A stretch of DNA of 64,000 nt from Glycera tridactyla (lineage: Eukaryota). Where the stretch lies: assembly GCA_965644265.1 (NCBI GenBank), contig OZ286463.1, positions 10,726,001-10,790,000 of the forward strand. The letters run 5' to 3'. The translations under genes and the position numbers were made by a program. Below, piece by piece: positions 29,653 through 43,404 of this stretch. The first letter of the stretch is position 1. Every line of letters starts with the position of its first letter. The notes below the pieces were generated by a model. That model did not search any database, had not been told where the DNA came from, and saw only the letters and a list, made by a program, of their open reading frames with translations.

Positions 29653-32012
29653 GTAAGATGCATACAAACAAGACTCAAGAGGTTATTGGTTTGATGCTCT
29701 CGTTCAAAGGATGCTATCTGGTCTTAAAAGTCACAATATCCGTTGGTGACTCTGGTGGTGTTTGTGGATGAATGTGTTGTTCAAGTCTACCTGTTGGTAG
29801 TACCCTCAGCTGAAGTTACCCCCTCCCCCTCCCCCTCCAGCGACTTCTACAAAGATGCGCTTTCCCAGGTCCTTATCTCCAGGGCTGCCTTGCGTGGCTT
29901 TGGTGTGAAAGTATCCAGTTTGTACATACGTGTATGCATGTGAAGGTCATAGCCTGAACTCAGGGTAACTAACTCCTCCAGTGATTAATTGTTCCACTTC
30001 TTTACCCTGTCCATGTCTTACAAGTAAAAGATGAGCTGTCTGAACTTTCAAACGTCATCTCGCTTTGAACTTTTTGCCCACCTTTCTGGTGTTTCCTGCC
30101 CAGTTTGAAGCATGTTGAGATGAAAAGGAGAAAGTGATATGAGATCTGAAGTGTGAATTCCAGGTGTATAAGCAGCATATTATAACCAATGAATCATCAG
30201 ATTGGTTTTAGTATCATGAAAAATAAATGGATGCCCAGGTCCTGGTTCATAGCTGTTCTCCATTATGAAAAATGGTCTGCCATCAATGGGGTGAACCCAC
30301 TGGGTTTTGGGGAATTATACAGGGCCTACCATGTCATCAGTCAATCAACCAATCAGTTAACTGAAATCAAATATTTCAGATGTATAGGGTGATGGATAAG
30401 GTGGTTAGCCACAGGCTGGCGATCAGAAGCCGATTGCACTGAATGGCAGAAATACTCGCGAAGATTAGAGGAGGTATTTCCAGTGTTTGGACATTTCCCG
30501 GAACACTGTGGCTACGTGCACCACCAACATGTGTTTTCTGGACACACCTATGTGTTTGTGAAAATGATTTTGAAAGTCGAGTGGCGAAGAGGTAAATGAA
30601 ATAGATGAGGATTGATGCGCTATCAGGGGATCTCGGGGCTTAGGTGCGAGATTCGAGCCGACATTGGGGATTTCTCGGACATCCTGTATGTGCTGCGATA
30701 TGCCCCGCCATTATTCCCGCCGGTTCTGTATCACTTAGCGCCTAACCACAGTGGGAAATGGGCCTCCTGTCTTTCGTATGTTGCTAGACATGCACCCTAC
30801 CTTTCTTACGTAAGTAGGAATGTTCTTTTTTCAAAAATGCTGACCATTACCAATTTGGAGTGATAATAACTCTTTTTTTTTTTCCTTTTTTTTTTAGTCA
30901 AAACTTACACGAGGCATTGCTCCCGAGAAATTGAGGTTCCTCTTATTTGAGCATTGCAGATATTGCTATCATCATTCTGGAAGTTAGCATTGATTCCGCT
31001 CATCAAAAGTTGACATCCCTGTTTTCCCCATTTTTAGTTTCCGTCCTATTAATTTGAGATAAAAACAAAAGTGGAGAATTACTGCATGTGTTTTTTTGAC
31101 TGGCTGTGCTCTGGCCCACTAGACATTCAGATTAACGCCAGAGTTTTGGTGAGATGACACCTCAGGATCTGAGAAAGGACCAGAGAGACACCCTCGGGGT
31201 TGAAGGCTGTCCACCAACAATGGTCATCATCATGGTGGCTTTGTCCATTCATCAGCGTACTTTGTTGGTGGCATTGACCCCCATCTGCCCATGCCAACCC
31301 ACACCAACTCCTGAGTGTAACTCTGTAACTGGTTACTTAATGCATTCTTCAGGGATACTGGGCAAGATTATTCTGATCCTTGGGTTGTTTTTTGTAATAC
31401 TTTCCATGTTCGGTATGTAGCTGCGCATCCCGGTGGATTATCAGGGACATGATTCTTCTGGAGATCCGTAGATATCTCTCATGTCTGATGAAAAAGTAGC
31501 AATCCCTGGATATAACAGAAAAGACCATTCTATGCTCTTTTATCACAGAAATCGGACGAGCATCAGTGGATAGTGCAGAGTTGGTATGCAGATAAAGTAG
31601 CCATTTTACCTAGCTATTGTTGCAGGTTCTCGGTCCACAAAATCTTTGTGAAAAACAGGGTCTTGTTTATTGTTGGTCTCAGTCTCCTCCTAGGCATTGG
31701 TTTTTTCTCCCCATTCATGAGCAACCCCCCCCCCCCCCCCCCCCCCCGTCCAAAAAAGTAAGAAAGAGAAAGAACACAGTGGATAGCTGTGGAAGATTTG
31801 CAGCTCTTGCTGTATGGGGGTACTGCAATCCTCTCTCCCCTCGCCCTTCATGGATGCTTTATGTACTGGTGGTATTCTGGGTGACTTATGGATTGAATAG
31901 TGGAATGTTGAAAATGGCAGGAGGCTCCAGGACATGGGGCTACCTGGAACTACTGCCTGTTAAATGTTGCCTTGCTCTACTATGGCTGAGCTGGCAGGTC
32001 ACAGGCACTGCC

Positions 32013-32209
32013 AAGAGTTGCCAACCATTGTGATTTAGTGGTAATGATTACTCTTCATCAGTCTAAAGAAAAATGGCATTCCCTGCTCAACATTACTCCT
32101 GGAAATTTATGATCTTTTTTATTTGCTCATTGCAAAAAGTGCCATCATTACTCTGGGAAATGAAATGGCATCATTACTAATTTTGGCTCATTAAAGGTTG
32201 GCAATCGTG
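32013..32209. mobile_element. Degenerate MITE (GTTGCCAACC / GGTTGGCAA ends, internal CATTACT repeats), copy 1
   Basis: Shares ends and internal motifs with 48543-48729. Confidence 0.7.
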
Positions 32210-33234
32210 ATCAGTATTAGCCTAATTAGTGTGAGCCTTCAGCCAATTAGCCAAGGGCTGGGCCTTCCATTATATTGACATTCAACTTTGAGCACCAAAA
32301 TGATGCTTTGAACACACTTGAAGGAGATTTGGAAAAAAAGATGTGTGGACTTTTCAGGTGAGATGAACAAAAGAGTGTATGACTGGAACTGATGGTGGGG
32401 AGGGGGGGGGGGGGGGGGCGGTAAGTTTAAGAGTGGTATGTCGACATGAGTGTTGGTGCTGTATGTTGTCTCTCAAATCTGACCGAAGAGCCCCAAGGGA
32501 CACCAATGAGCCACCGCCTGCCTGGATGATGCGCTGCATTCAGCAACCCCATCCTCTCATCAGCTTCCCATCCCAATCCCCACCCCAATCCCAATCCCCA
32601 TCCCCATCCACAGCCACTATCCAACTCTTCTGCCTGGGTGGATCTGGAATGTTCCTCACTTTGGGTACTCAAATCTGACCTGAATTGTTAATCAGACCAA
32701 ATTTCTCCCAATCACGACCGACCCGCATTTGTAAACTACCGGACTGGAGTCCAGGGTTAATCCTATTTAGATTTACACTCAGTGAAATTGTCATAAAAAT
32801 GTAAATGCAACATCTTCACTAGAGTACCATTTAAGCCTTAGATACCTGCCCTGTCTCTACAAAATTATATTCCTGTCAGTAAATAGGTTACATATCTGTC
32901 TCTGTGGAAGTATCATTCATCTGCCCAAAAAAATCATCGCTGATTCCAGTTAAGTTTAATTGTTCAGTCCATCATCGAAATGTTTGATTATGGTAGAGAG
33001 AGGGTTACTGTATGTAGGTGTATCTCATTAGGGGTTATTTGAGAATTAACATGGAGAATCCATCAGCATCCTCAGCATATCGTGGACTCTGCTGGACTCT
33101 GCATCTTTGCAAATGGTGATATGAAGATTAGGAGTAAGTCATTGAATGCTGAGATGCCTCTTGGCCGGTGTTATCCGTGTTCGATCTGTGAGTCACTCAT
33201 GGAAATTCCAACTTTGGGTGGAGAACTGTTCATG

Positions 33235-33391
33235 NNNNNNNNNNNNNNNNNNNNNNNNNNNNNNNNNNNNNNNNNNNNNNNNNNNNNNNNNNNNNNNNNN
33301 NNNNNNNNNNNNNNNNNNNNNNNNNNNNNNNNNNNNNNNNNNNNNNNNNNNNNNNNNNNNNNNNNNNNNNNNNNNNNNNNNNNNNNNNNNN
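33235..33391. other. N gap (157 nt)
   Basis: Run of N. Confidence 0.99.
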
Positions 33392-34007
33392 TCCTCCCTC
33401 ACTGCCATTCTGGTATGAACTTGAAGACCAGCTTCACCAAGGTTCGTTCCCCTGAGTCAGTTGTGCCTTTTGATCTGAGGCCTGTTTATTAGCTAAGCAC
33501 ATGATGAAGATCCAATTAGATCAGGAGGAGATGAGATATGGCTAACATAAGGCTAGGATGATTGACAGGTGTGATTGACAGCTCTCGGTCCCTTATCCAA
33601 TCATCAGAATGCCTGATGTCCTTGTGCTGAAATTGTAATCCATCGAAATCTGCCATTCAGTCTGTCATTTGGCCAGATTATCATCATCATCATCCTTAAT
33701 GTGTATTTTTAATCCACCATTTCCCTTATTATCTCCATATTGTCTCTGTATTGTCACACTTTTGGCCCATATTGTCATCTTCGTTTTGGTCCATGTTGTT
33801 TCATTATTGGATCGTATCTTTCCAATTTCAGGCCATATTGCCTCAGTTTTGGTTCATCTTGTCTCAGCCAGATGAAAGTTTGTTTCATCAGTGCATGATC
33901 TGTTCACTCTAGGAAGACCAGTGGACTCAAAATGAAACTGACTATAAGTTTGCTATCCATGGGCCATTTGCTTTAGTCTTGGATACAGTTATCTTGATGA
34001 AAACTGG

Positions 34008-34022
34008 ACGCACACACACACA

Positions 34023-34094
<72 letters not shown>
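34008..34094. repeat. Compound (CA)n/(GCAC)n microsatellite
   Basis: Read directly. Confidence 0.95.
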
Positions 34095-34095
<1 letters not shown>

Positions 34096-37000
34096 GCTTC
34101 ACTTTACATGTTGGCTACAGTGCACACTCGTAGCACAGCTCTCCATTTTGATAGCCATTTTCGCTGGGGGGGTCAAGATTTCGGGCGTGAATCCACTTTA
34201 CTTGTGGATCATATGTACATTTTTCTTTTCACTCACCTTCATACTTTATTTTCCTCTGCAAGGACAGAAACTCTGCAGCACACCTGTACTCCAGTCGGAG
34301 TGGAGCTGACCTTTTGTAAAGAGCCACAAGGGTACTGGTGTCAAAGTGAATTTATGCTGCGGTGGTACTCGTGCCCCACAATGGGATGAAAACATGGTGG
34401 TTCTGGTGTTTAGTGGTGGGGGGGGGGGCTGTTGAATGAGAGTTTGGTGTGGAAATACAGGTTAGAAGTGTATTTGTTGGTTTATCGGGAGTCCATGCTC
34501 GGGATGCTTATTGTTGAACTGGTGGGGAATGTAGCAGAGAATCGAGTCCCATCTGACACATTGAGCAGATAGTGCATGAATCTGATACAGTTGAACTTGC
34601 TTGAGATCACCTTCAAATATAGGCCACCTGCCTATAGGGGCCACTCAGCAAAGCAGTGACCATGAGGGTATTCTCTACAGTAGATGAGCTCTCCACAAAG
34701 AACACCGGTCTACAAAGACCACTGAATGATGTGACCAAGGGTGGTCTGTGTAGACAGGTCCATTTGTACAGTCGAACCAGGCTGCAGAGACCACTCTAGG
34801 TTGCGTGTGAAGTAATATTGGAATTCAAGTGGCTTTGTCGAAAACTTATATACTGAGTTAAATATTATCACGGTCACTTTTCGTGATGGCCTCTGTACCA
34901 GGACCATTCTTGGTTCCTTCAAAAGTGATCTTTGGAGGCAAAGTTGTTCTTTGTACAGAGCTGGTCTCAAGTAAGTTGATCCGGACATGGTTATATATTT
35001 GCCTTGGCAAAGTGGTAAGACTGTCCTTGAAGTAGGGTGAGGAAGGCGGGGCAGACCAAGGTGGATTTGACAAGAGTTGGTGACATCCTGTTGGCTGATC
35101 TCTATATTTGTGGTTCCGAGCTCAACTCTGCATTGAATCTTCGTGGGTGCCCCCTTTGTACATGGACACACATATGAGTTGCCCATGGATATCCTGGGAC
35201 TGATTACAATCTGGGTGAGAGACCGACAGAGGCACAGACAGACAGACAGACAGACAGAGACGTTTGTTGTCTATCTCTCCAGATGTAAGTTCTCAACTTT
35301 GGCACCTCTCTTTACGAGAGCGGCGTTTATATGTGCAAGAGTGGGTGGAGTCATTCATTTAAGGATGTTGTTAGAACAGTTAGTTTAGTTAGACAATTCC
35401 CGACTCTATGTATGGGAGTTCACCCACCAGTTTTGGACTGTATGAAGGGGGAGGGGTCTCTTGAGATTTGCTATCCCTGGTGACTCTGGCTTCCATCATT
35501 TCCCATTGGATTCCATTGTAGAATGAGGCCTTCTTTAGAGTGAGGAACACAATCTATTTCAAGCATCTACTGCTATTTTACTCAGCTTGTAGTGTGGAAT
35601 TGCGGCACTGAGTGATTTGTGGAGTGTAGCTGATGTTTCCTTCTCAGAATGTAACCTGAGGACGTGTACCTCAGCAGGGCATGGACGGATGGACCTTCCT
35701 TTGACTGCATTACCCTTTGAAACTGCCAAGGTCATTGCAAGGACACCTACTGGGCCCTGGTTTCTGTCTAGTTATATCTACTGCCCCATCCATCCTTGAC
35801 TACAAGTGTAAACATCCTAATTAACGTGCTCTCAGCATGATCCAGAAGGCCTGTCCTTATGATGCAACGGTGTACATTGACCAGCAGATCCATCAACCTC
35901 CTGTGGCAATTCCCGAAAAACATTTTGGTGTGGAGTGTGATGGTGTAGCCTGAAAGAAATAATGTGTGTAGGTATTTTTGCGGCCGTTTTGGCTTGTTGA
36001 GGGCAGGAGAATGTGTGGCGAATGCTACAAATGACCTGCCTTGCTTACTGTAAACAATGGCAAGGAGAAGTACAGAAAGACAAATGACTTGTCACTAGGA
36101 AAACAAGAAAAAACTGGCCCCGTTCTTCTGCTATTGACATTCGGACAAAAATCCGCCCAGTTGGAGGGTGATGATAATAATGTTAATGAGTGTGAAAAAG
36201 TCTGGCTACTGGTCGTAGTTTCTGCTATCTCAATACTGGGTTGAGGTGAGACTTATATCGATTTGTTTCTACCAGTAAATTGTGATGGATCACTTCGGAC
36301 TGTTGCTGACCTACCAAGAGATCCCCTGCTCAAGGAGACCACCTTACTGGAGTGCACTTGCTACTGTACATTCAGTTCCTCTCCTCTATGGTGACCACTG
36401 CTTACTTGTGACCCCAGGTGATTTCTTAGAGCAGGTGTGACTACATATAGCCAATAGTGGTCTGTTCATGAGGAAACTGATAGTAGGAATGGAATGAGGA
36501 AAGTGATGGTACTGTGAAGGAGGGAGGTCTACCCAGAATCTCGCTGCAGTTTTACACTGGTTGATTTATCCGTGATTACTGTTCTTATCTTAAGGCTGGC
36601 CATGTTGAATAACAAGTAGGGTAACAAGTAGGGTTCAATGAACTGGAGTGATAGATAGTGCAAACCCACCTAGTGGGTGTCTTGAATCAGTCATTTGTAA
36701 TTCGATTGTTTCAAGCTCAGGTAGGGGTCATGGTGTTTGTAATCCGTTGGTAAACTGACAAGATCAGAGTTGCAAAATGGATCTCCCCGTTTCCGTTTAC
36801 TGTATGCTCTTGTTCCCAGGTGTGATTGAAACTACATCAGTAGAGCTGAAGTTACCACCAAGCTAATGGCCGATCCCTTTGATGGTGGTTTGTGGGCTCT
36901 AAAATGGCTGACCCACCCCCCTCCCCCCTCATCTAAATTGCTTCTTCTGGATCCCGGACAGGCACTTATTCTAGGGCCCACTTCACTTGAATTTGGGTGT

Positions 37001-37775
37001 ACTCAGGTATTGCAGCAGGTGGTTGCAATTGCCACGGTTTCCAAAGAGAGCTGTTACAGCTGGGAGTACTAGACTTCAGTGAAACGGCACCCCAGTCTGG
37101 ATGTCCTAATCAAACCCATGTGTATGCCATAGATCTAATCTCTCGTCACAGAGTTAGGGGCAAGTAGAGAAGCGTACCTCTCTGGCTAGTAGCCCTGCAG
37201 ATGTCAACACTTGGCTTCAGCTAAGTGCCATTAAAGTTGTTGGCTTTTGTATGTTCAGGGCAGCTATGGTGCTTGAAATAGCAGCAGTAAACTGGGCGAG
37301 TTTTGCAGAGGTATTTATACTGGAGTAAAAACTGCCCACCTGCTTTGCATGGCGCCTGGAATCCATCTGTGGCGCAGACATGATGTGGGGGGGGGGGATG
37401 TTGCATAGTGTTTATACTTCCAAACTGTGGAGTAGTGTTTACGTACAAGCATGCTCACATTTCGAGAATAGTATTCACTTGCGCTGGTCATTCAGCATTT
37501 TGTCTGTCTGTCTGTCCGCCCGTGTCGTTGCATTTGTGTACATTCATTCTACTGTGCATACATGCATGTGGTGTGTTGAATGGTTCCAATTTTCCGAAAT
37601 CTTTCGGAAATCTGAAAATTGGGTGAAAATATCAACTTCAGAGATTGCTAAAATCTTGTTGGGTGTTTCAGAACAAATACCTCTGATGATATGTCGTGGT
37701 AGTTTCAGAAAATGTTTCCATAATTCGAGAATTCTGCCTCATCTCATCGACATCATTGTGTGTGCATATCCATTG

Positions 37776-37852
37776 TGTGCGTGCGTGCGTGCGTGCTTGC
37801 GTGCGTGCGTGCGTGCGTGCATGCGTGCATGCGTGCATGCGTGCGTGCGTGT
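37776..37852. repeat. (GCGT)n/(GCAT)n microsatellite
   Basis: Read directly. Confidence 0.92.
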
Positions 37853-37887
37853 ACACATTGAATTGCTCCCCTCTTTCCATATCATGA

Positions 37888-38156
37888 NNNNNNNNNNNNN
37901 NNNNNNNNNNNNNNNNNNNNNNNNNNNNNNNNNNNNNNNNNNNNNNNNNNNNNNNNNNNNNNNNNNNNNNNNNNNNNNNNNNNNNNNNNNNNNNNNNNNN
38001 NNNNNNNNNNNNNNNNNNNNNNNNNNNNNNNNNNNNNNNNNNNNNNNNNNNNNNNNNNNNNNNNNNNNNNNNNNNNNNNNNNNNNNNNNNNNNNNNNNNN
38101 NNNNNNNNNNNNNNNNNNNNNNNNNNNNNNNNNNNNNNNNNNNNNNNNNNNNNNNN
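37888..38156. other. N gap (269 nt), probably an unresolved or masked tandem repeat
   Basis: CTCCCCTCTTTCCATATCATGA occurs on both sides of the gap. Confidence 0.9.
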
Positions 38157-40004
38157 TTCCTCCCCTCTTTCCATATCATGAAGTGATCCTAGGCTGTTTA
38201 CAGTATGTTTTCAATCAGGACGTGGATGCCACTTCCAACCCCAGGATACAGATTCTCTCCAGGACCTGGCACCTTCTAGAATATTGCTTCACCTAATACT
38301 CTACTCCACAATAGTCATCCATCCTTCCATACACTGGCCTCAGCCCCATGAATAAAGCTCTGTCAGATGTGTCAGAATCACCCCCAGATATTGTGTCTTT
38401 CATGGCCTCCATGAGAAGGTGTAGGTGGGCTGGAGAGGGTGAAGACTTGTCATCACTCTCTGACAAAAGCCCGAGTAGTGCTCCATCACCTTGCAGCTTT
38501 GGAGTTCTGGATTTCTGTTTCCAATGTTCAGTTCCATGTTTTTCATAGAGGAATCACAGGTACAGATCGAATATTGAATCTCCCTTCATTGGATCATAGT
38601 GGTAAATTTGAAAGTTTATCCCAGGTAGAAGTTATGGTTCTTTTGCGCATATTTTGAGACAATGAAAGATAAGAGTAAGATAGGATGAAGACTGGGAAAC
38701 CCGATCAAGGAACCGGCACCGGCACCAGATGATCCATATCAGGCAGTGGGTGGGTTGCTACTGTACTTATCCCGATCACTCTCTCACTCAGACCCCCCCC
38801 CCCCCCCCCACCAACCAACCACTACAGGATCATGGTGTCAGTCGGCATGTGCTTTCCATCAACCTGTACATTATATACTATAACATTCCTTCTTCACTGC
38901 CCTATTTATTTCTTTGTCTGCTACAGGATCTGGGTTGTTGCTATCGTATTTGTGGAAGCAGGCCTAAAAAATCACTGCCCTCTCAGAGATATGGTGACTG
39001 CCCTGGGTTCCAATTTATCCTGTCAATTTTAAAAGCACCGTCAGTATCCGGACCTATCATCATTGATCTAGGGCAATGATTGGCTTGCTAAATTGAACAA
39101 TTTATATGTCTGGCCCTTGAATTCATTGGCCATTTCCAAGGCTTCCTCACACTTTCTTTCAATGTCAGATTTGTTTGGTTAGAGTGAGGGGTGCAGAGAT
39201 TGTAAACTGCATTTCATCTGTAGGGATTCCAAATGTTGGAGATGACTTGAGATATTGTGCCTATGAAAGAATTATTCATGGGGTTGGGGGTGTTACCTAA
39301 CCGGTTTTGGGTTGGGGTCTCCAAATCCATCACTAGATAGTCACTTATGAATGGATGATAAGATGAATGGATGACTAACTTGTATGCATGAGTAGACAGG
39401 GGGGGGGAGGATAAGGGGTGAATGTTTGATGGATGCTAATTGTCCCCCATGTCAGAGATTATACTCATTGTTATCTGATTTTGAATCTTTTGATTATCCC
39501 GATTTATAGAGTAGAATCTGGTTTTAGGTCTATCCAGAGAGGTTTGACGGTAACTTTTTGAGACAGTTTTGTGGTGATGATGAAGGTGGTCTCTCATTCG
39601 AGGTATACATGTTGCCTGCATGCATATACTTGGTGTGGTGTGATTGTGTTGCCTCCATGCATCCCTACCTCAAGTCACGGTTGGTATGCTGGCATTCCCC
39701 CTTGACCCCGTTCACCTGGGGGGCTTTGGCTGCCTTATGTGACCTTCCAATGACCTGAAGGAGCATCTCTCTTCCCTCCACTGATGATCCATCTACATTT
39801 GATGTACACCCTCACCTGTAGATTGTTTTCTCATCAGCTTGTCGACCCCTCTAAATATTCACTCGTGAATGGGTACATTTGAAGAAGAAGTAAACCATGT
39901 TCTGGGCTGCTTGATTTATCTGAGAAGAGCGATCTCATTGAAAGGAAAAATACGTCAGCTGTCACAATAAAACATTTGGCATCGAGAACATAATTATTTT
40001 TATT

Positions 40005-41208
40005 GAATTATTAGGATTAGTTTCTAGTTTGGGTGCACTTGTCAGTTTGTCAGAATAATTAGGATTGGTTTCTAGTTTGGGTGCACTTGTCAGTTTGTAG
40101 GAATAATTAGGTTTAGTTTCTAGTTTGGGTGCACTTGTCAGTTTGTAGGAATAATAACGATTGGTTTCTAGTTTGGGTGCACTTGTCAGTTTGTCGGAAT
40201 AATTAGGATTGGTTTCTAGTTTGGGTGCACTTGTCAGTTTGTCAGAATAATTAGGATTGGTTTCTAGTTTGGGTGCACTTGTCAGTTTGTAGGAATAATT
40301 AGGATTTGTCCCTAGTTTGGGTGCACTTGTCAGTTTGTCGGAATAATTAGGATTGGTTTCTAGTTTGGGTGCACTTGTCAGTTTGTAGGAATAATTAGGA
40401 TTGGTTTGCTAGTTTTGGTGCACTTGTCAGTTTGTAGGAATAATTAGGATCGGTTTCTAGTTTGGGTGCACTTGTCAGTTTGTCGGAATAATTAGGATTG
40501 GTTTCTAGTTTGGGTGCACTTGTCAGTTTGTAGGAATAATTAGGTTTAGTTTCTAGTTTGGGTGCACTTGTCAGTTTGTAGGAATAATAACGATTGGTTT
40601 CTAGTTTGGGTGCACTTGTCAGTTTGTCGGAATAATTAGGATTGGTTTCTAGTTTGGGTGCACTTGTCAGTTTGTCAGAATAATTAGGATTGGTTTCTAG
40701 TTTGGGTGCACTTGTCAGTTTGTAGGAATAATTAGGATTTGTCCCTAGTTTGGGTGCACTTGTCAGTTTGTCGGAATAATTAGGATTGGTTTCTAGTTTG
40801 GGTGCACTTGTCAGTTTGTAGGAATAATTAGGATTGGTTTGCTAGTTTTGGTGCACTTGTCAGTTTGTAGGAATAATTAGGATCGGTTTCTAGTTTGGGT
40901 GCACTTGTCAGTTTGTCGGAATAATTAGGATTGGTTTCTAGTTTGGGTGCACTTGTCAGTTTGTAGGAATAATTAGGATTGGTTTGCTAGTTTTGGTGCA
41001 CTTGTCAGTTTGTAGGAATAATTAGGATCGGTTTCTAGTTTGGGTGCACTTGTCAGTTTGTCGGAATAATTAGGATTGGTTTCTAGTTTGGGTGCACTTG
41101 TCAGTTTGTCGGAATAATTAGGATTGGTTCTAGTTAGGGTGCACTTGGCAGTTTGTAGGAATAATTAGGTTTGGTTTCTAGTTTGGGTGCACTTGTCAGT
41201 TTGTAGGA
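40005..41208. repeat. Minisatellite: about 25 copies of a 48-bp unit (GAATAATTAGGATTGGTTTCTAGTTTGGGTGCACTTGTCAGTTTGTAG) with a 9-unit, 433-bp higher-order repeat
   Basis: Diagnostic variants (GGTTTAG, TAATAACG, TTTGTCCC, TTTGCTAGTTTTGG, GATCGG) recur in the same order at 40101 and 40534. Confidence 0.95.
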
Positions 41209-42849
41209 GCGCGGAGTAATTCTGATCACATTCTCTCACCAACCATCACCTTGTTGGCTTGGTGACTTTGAAGTGGCAGTGGTGATAGATTATTTTCAGG
41301 AAGCCCCGAGACACCCGTGAAATATCTAGAGAAAAGTAAATCAACGAGCCTTCGGTATTTCATGGCTTGGGTGTCAAATATGCTGTGGATGCTCCTGCTG
41401 AATGATCTCCTCTATTGGCCCATGGGCTACAACCCACATAGCATCTTGCCACAAAATCAATACCATGTTCTCATTCAAATAGTGTTGTAATAGTAGACAT
41501 TTTTCCAAGTCACCGAAATCAAAAGAAAGCGGCTCGCCCTTGGATGTATTGTGAGCTGGAGATACTATTTCTGCTTCCTGTCACTGATGAATGATGGTGG
41601 GGGAGGCTTTTGACGGGCGTCCCCACTGGGTTGCGATCCTAGGTGAGAGGTTTGGGGATCCCCTGTTGCCATGCAGAAAGTAATTAAAAGCCAGCCGAAG
41701 GTGACGGCAATGTAGTAGAGAACAAGTTGACCTTGAGACACCCAAGTGCATGTCTGATGTATGAGGCTGTGACATGTAAGCATATAGGGTGTATCACCAG
41801 CCAAATAGGAGAAGAGTGCCTCCATGCAATGAACATGTACTTTCTGTACTCATTTCTTCAAAGTTTTACCATCCCACTTTTGTGCCAACAGTCACTGTAT
41901 CAAATGCTCTTTTGTACAAAAAAAAAAAATTGTTTTCTTTGTCTGATTATCTGAGAAATGTGGCACACTCACAAAAAAGTCAAAATTGCTTTCATCATCA
42001 TAATTATTTGAGAAATGTGGCACATAAGATTACAGATGACATGAGCACAAGGATACAGGTAGCTATTGTCCTTGTTGCTTGCATCTGAGTCGCGCTCCTC
42101 CTGTGAGACATGTCATCCACAGTCTGCATGCACTGGGGGCTTCAAGTTCTCTTTTGACAGTTAGTTGTTTGAAGTAACAAAAGTGAAAAGAAATGTCTGA
42201 CGCACGCCAGGTAGAGAGCATATAGAGTGCTTGTGTAGATTCGGCCTGTCATACAAAAATATGCTCTGCTTCAAGTTTGAAGTGGGATGGAATGCAAACC
42301 ACGGGCGACTAGAGAGACAGCGAGTTGACAAATACTTAGCCTAAGTCAATAGAGGATGGAAAAAGTGGTCTTCCCTCAAATAACAGTTGAATGGAAGGAA
42401 AACATAGTCTGTGTGTCATCAGTGCATCTGTTTTTGTTCCCGGGTCACCAACCCTGCCTGCCTCCATGGCTGCTTGGTCTGCCACCACGTATGGATGTAT
42501 GGTGTGGATGACCATAACATCAACCCTCGACATTCTCTCAACTACAGATGATGTAAATATTGTTGATGATGGGGTTGAAACCTCTAGCCTGACTGAGTAC
42601 TTATATCAGACAGGGTGGTAGCCACTTCTCTATGGTACGAGGTCGGACAAGAACGTTCTTTAGATACCGATGGATTCTACCAATTGATAGGATCAAAAAT
42701 GGGTATTTTAGACCCTGATGTCTCATTGGTGTATTTTGGAAAGTATTCAATTTTCAAATTCATGTGTTTGATCATAGCATGATAGCATATCTATACTTTA
42801 TAGAATTATCCATGATGCTGTGGTTCATTTCTTTTGATATCAATTTAAG

Positions 42850-43031
42850 TACAGTAAAACCTGCTCGAGAGTAAACCTGTGCTAGGCAAAATCCTGTCTT
42901 AAGCACATACCCCACGGTCTGCCCTTATGTTTTTTTTTTCACTATAATTGTCCTGCGCTAAGCAAAATCCTGTCTTAAGTGGAAGAAAAATTTGGTCCCA
43001 TGACTTTTCACTTGAGACAGGTTTCACTGTA
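42850..43031 (-). mobile_element. MITE family 1 copy c, inverted relative to copies a and b
   Basis: Reverse complement of 1401-1581 at roughly 90% identity by eye; TA flanks. Confidence 0.88.
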
Positions 43032-43205
43032 TCAGGCATGGGAACTCAGCTGATACTGGGAAGCATGCTGGAGAATCGAGGGGAACCAGTTTGTACAATG
43101 GAGTGAGAGTAGGTTGCAGTGCAGGCTGTACCATATTGAGGACGTCACGTTTTGCTTTGTGGGGAATGTTTGTGCTGATTTTGCATGATGATATTCTGGT
43201 TCCAG

Positions 43206-43302
43206 CCGGAGGGAGAGGATGAGCTGAAGAAAATGCAGTTGATGGAGCTCGCCATTATCAACGGGACATACCGTGACGCCAAAACTGCCGCAAGTCTAGC
43301 CC
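43206..43302 (+). CDS. qki: QUA2 exon copy A: [32 protein letters not shown] (97 nt, phase 0-1)
   Basis: Acceptor ctggttccag|CCG and donor GCCC|gtaagt. Carries the QUA2 signature EGED.LKK.QLMELAI.NGTYRD. Confidence 0.95.
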
Positions 43303-43350
43303 GTAAGTGTGCTGCTCAGTCACGCCAGTGGCCACGTCGTCACACCCAAA

Positions 43351-43404
43351 ACTCATACCGACTCATACGCCACTAACCCATGCTCGTGTAACACCAGTTT
43401 TAAC
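43351..43404 (+). promoter_or_regulatory. Candidate Quaking response element cluster downstream of QUA2 exon A
   Basis: ACTCAT (43351, 43361), ACTAAC (43372), and TAAC half-sites (43389, 43401). This is the bipartite ACUAAY-N(1-20)-UAAY QKI consensus. It also reads as a branch point for the AG at 43424/43430. Confidence 0.55.

Noticed and set aside
18037-38186. ORFs containing long X runs (18037-18564, 33082-33492, 37380-38186)
   Set aside because: They are open only because N gaps contain no stop codons.
11945-41208. The two tandem arrays read as CRISPR arrays
   Set aside because: Units are head-to-tail with no unique spacers, no cas genes are present, and the context is a eukaryotic intron.
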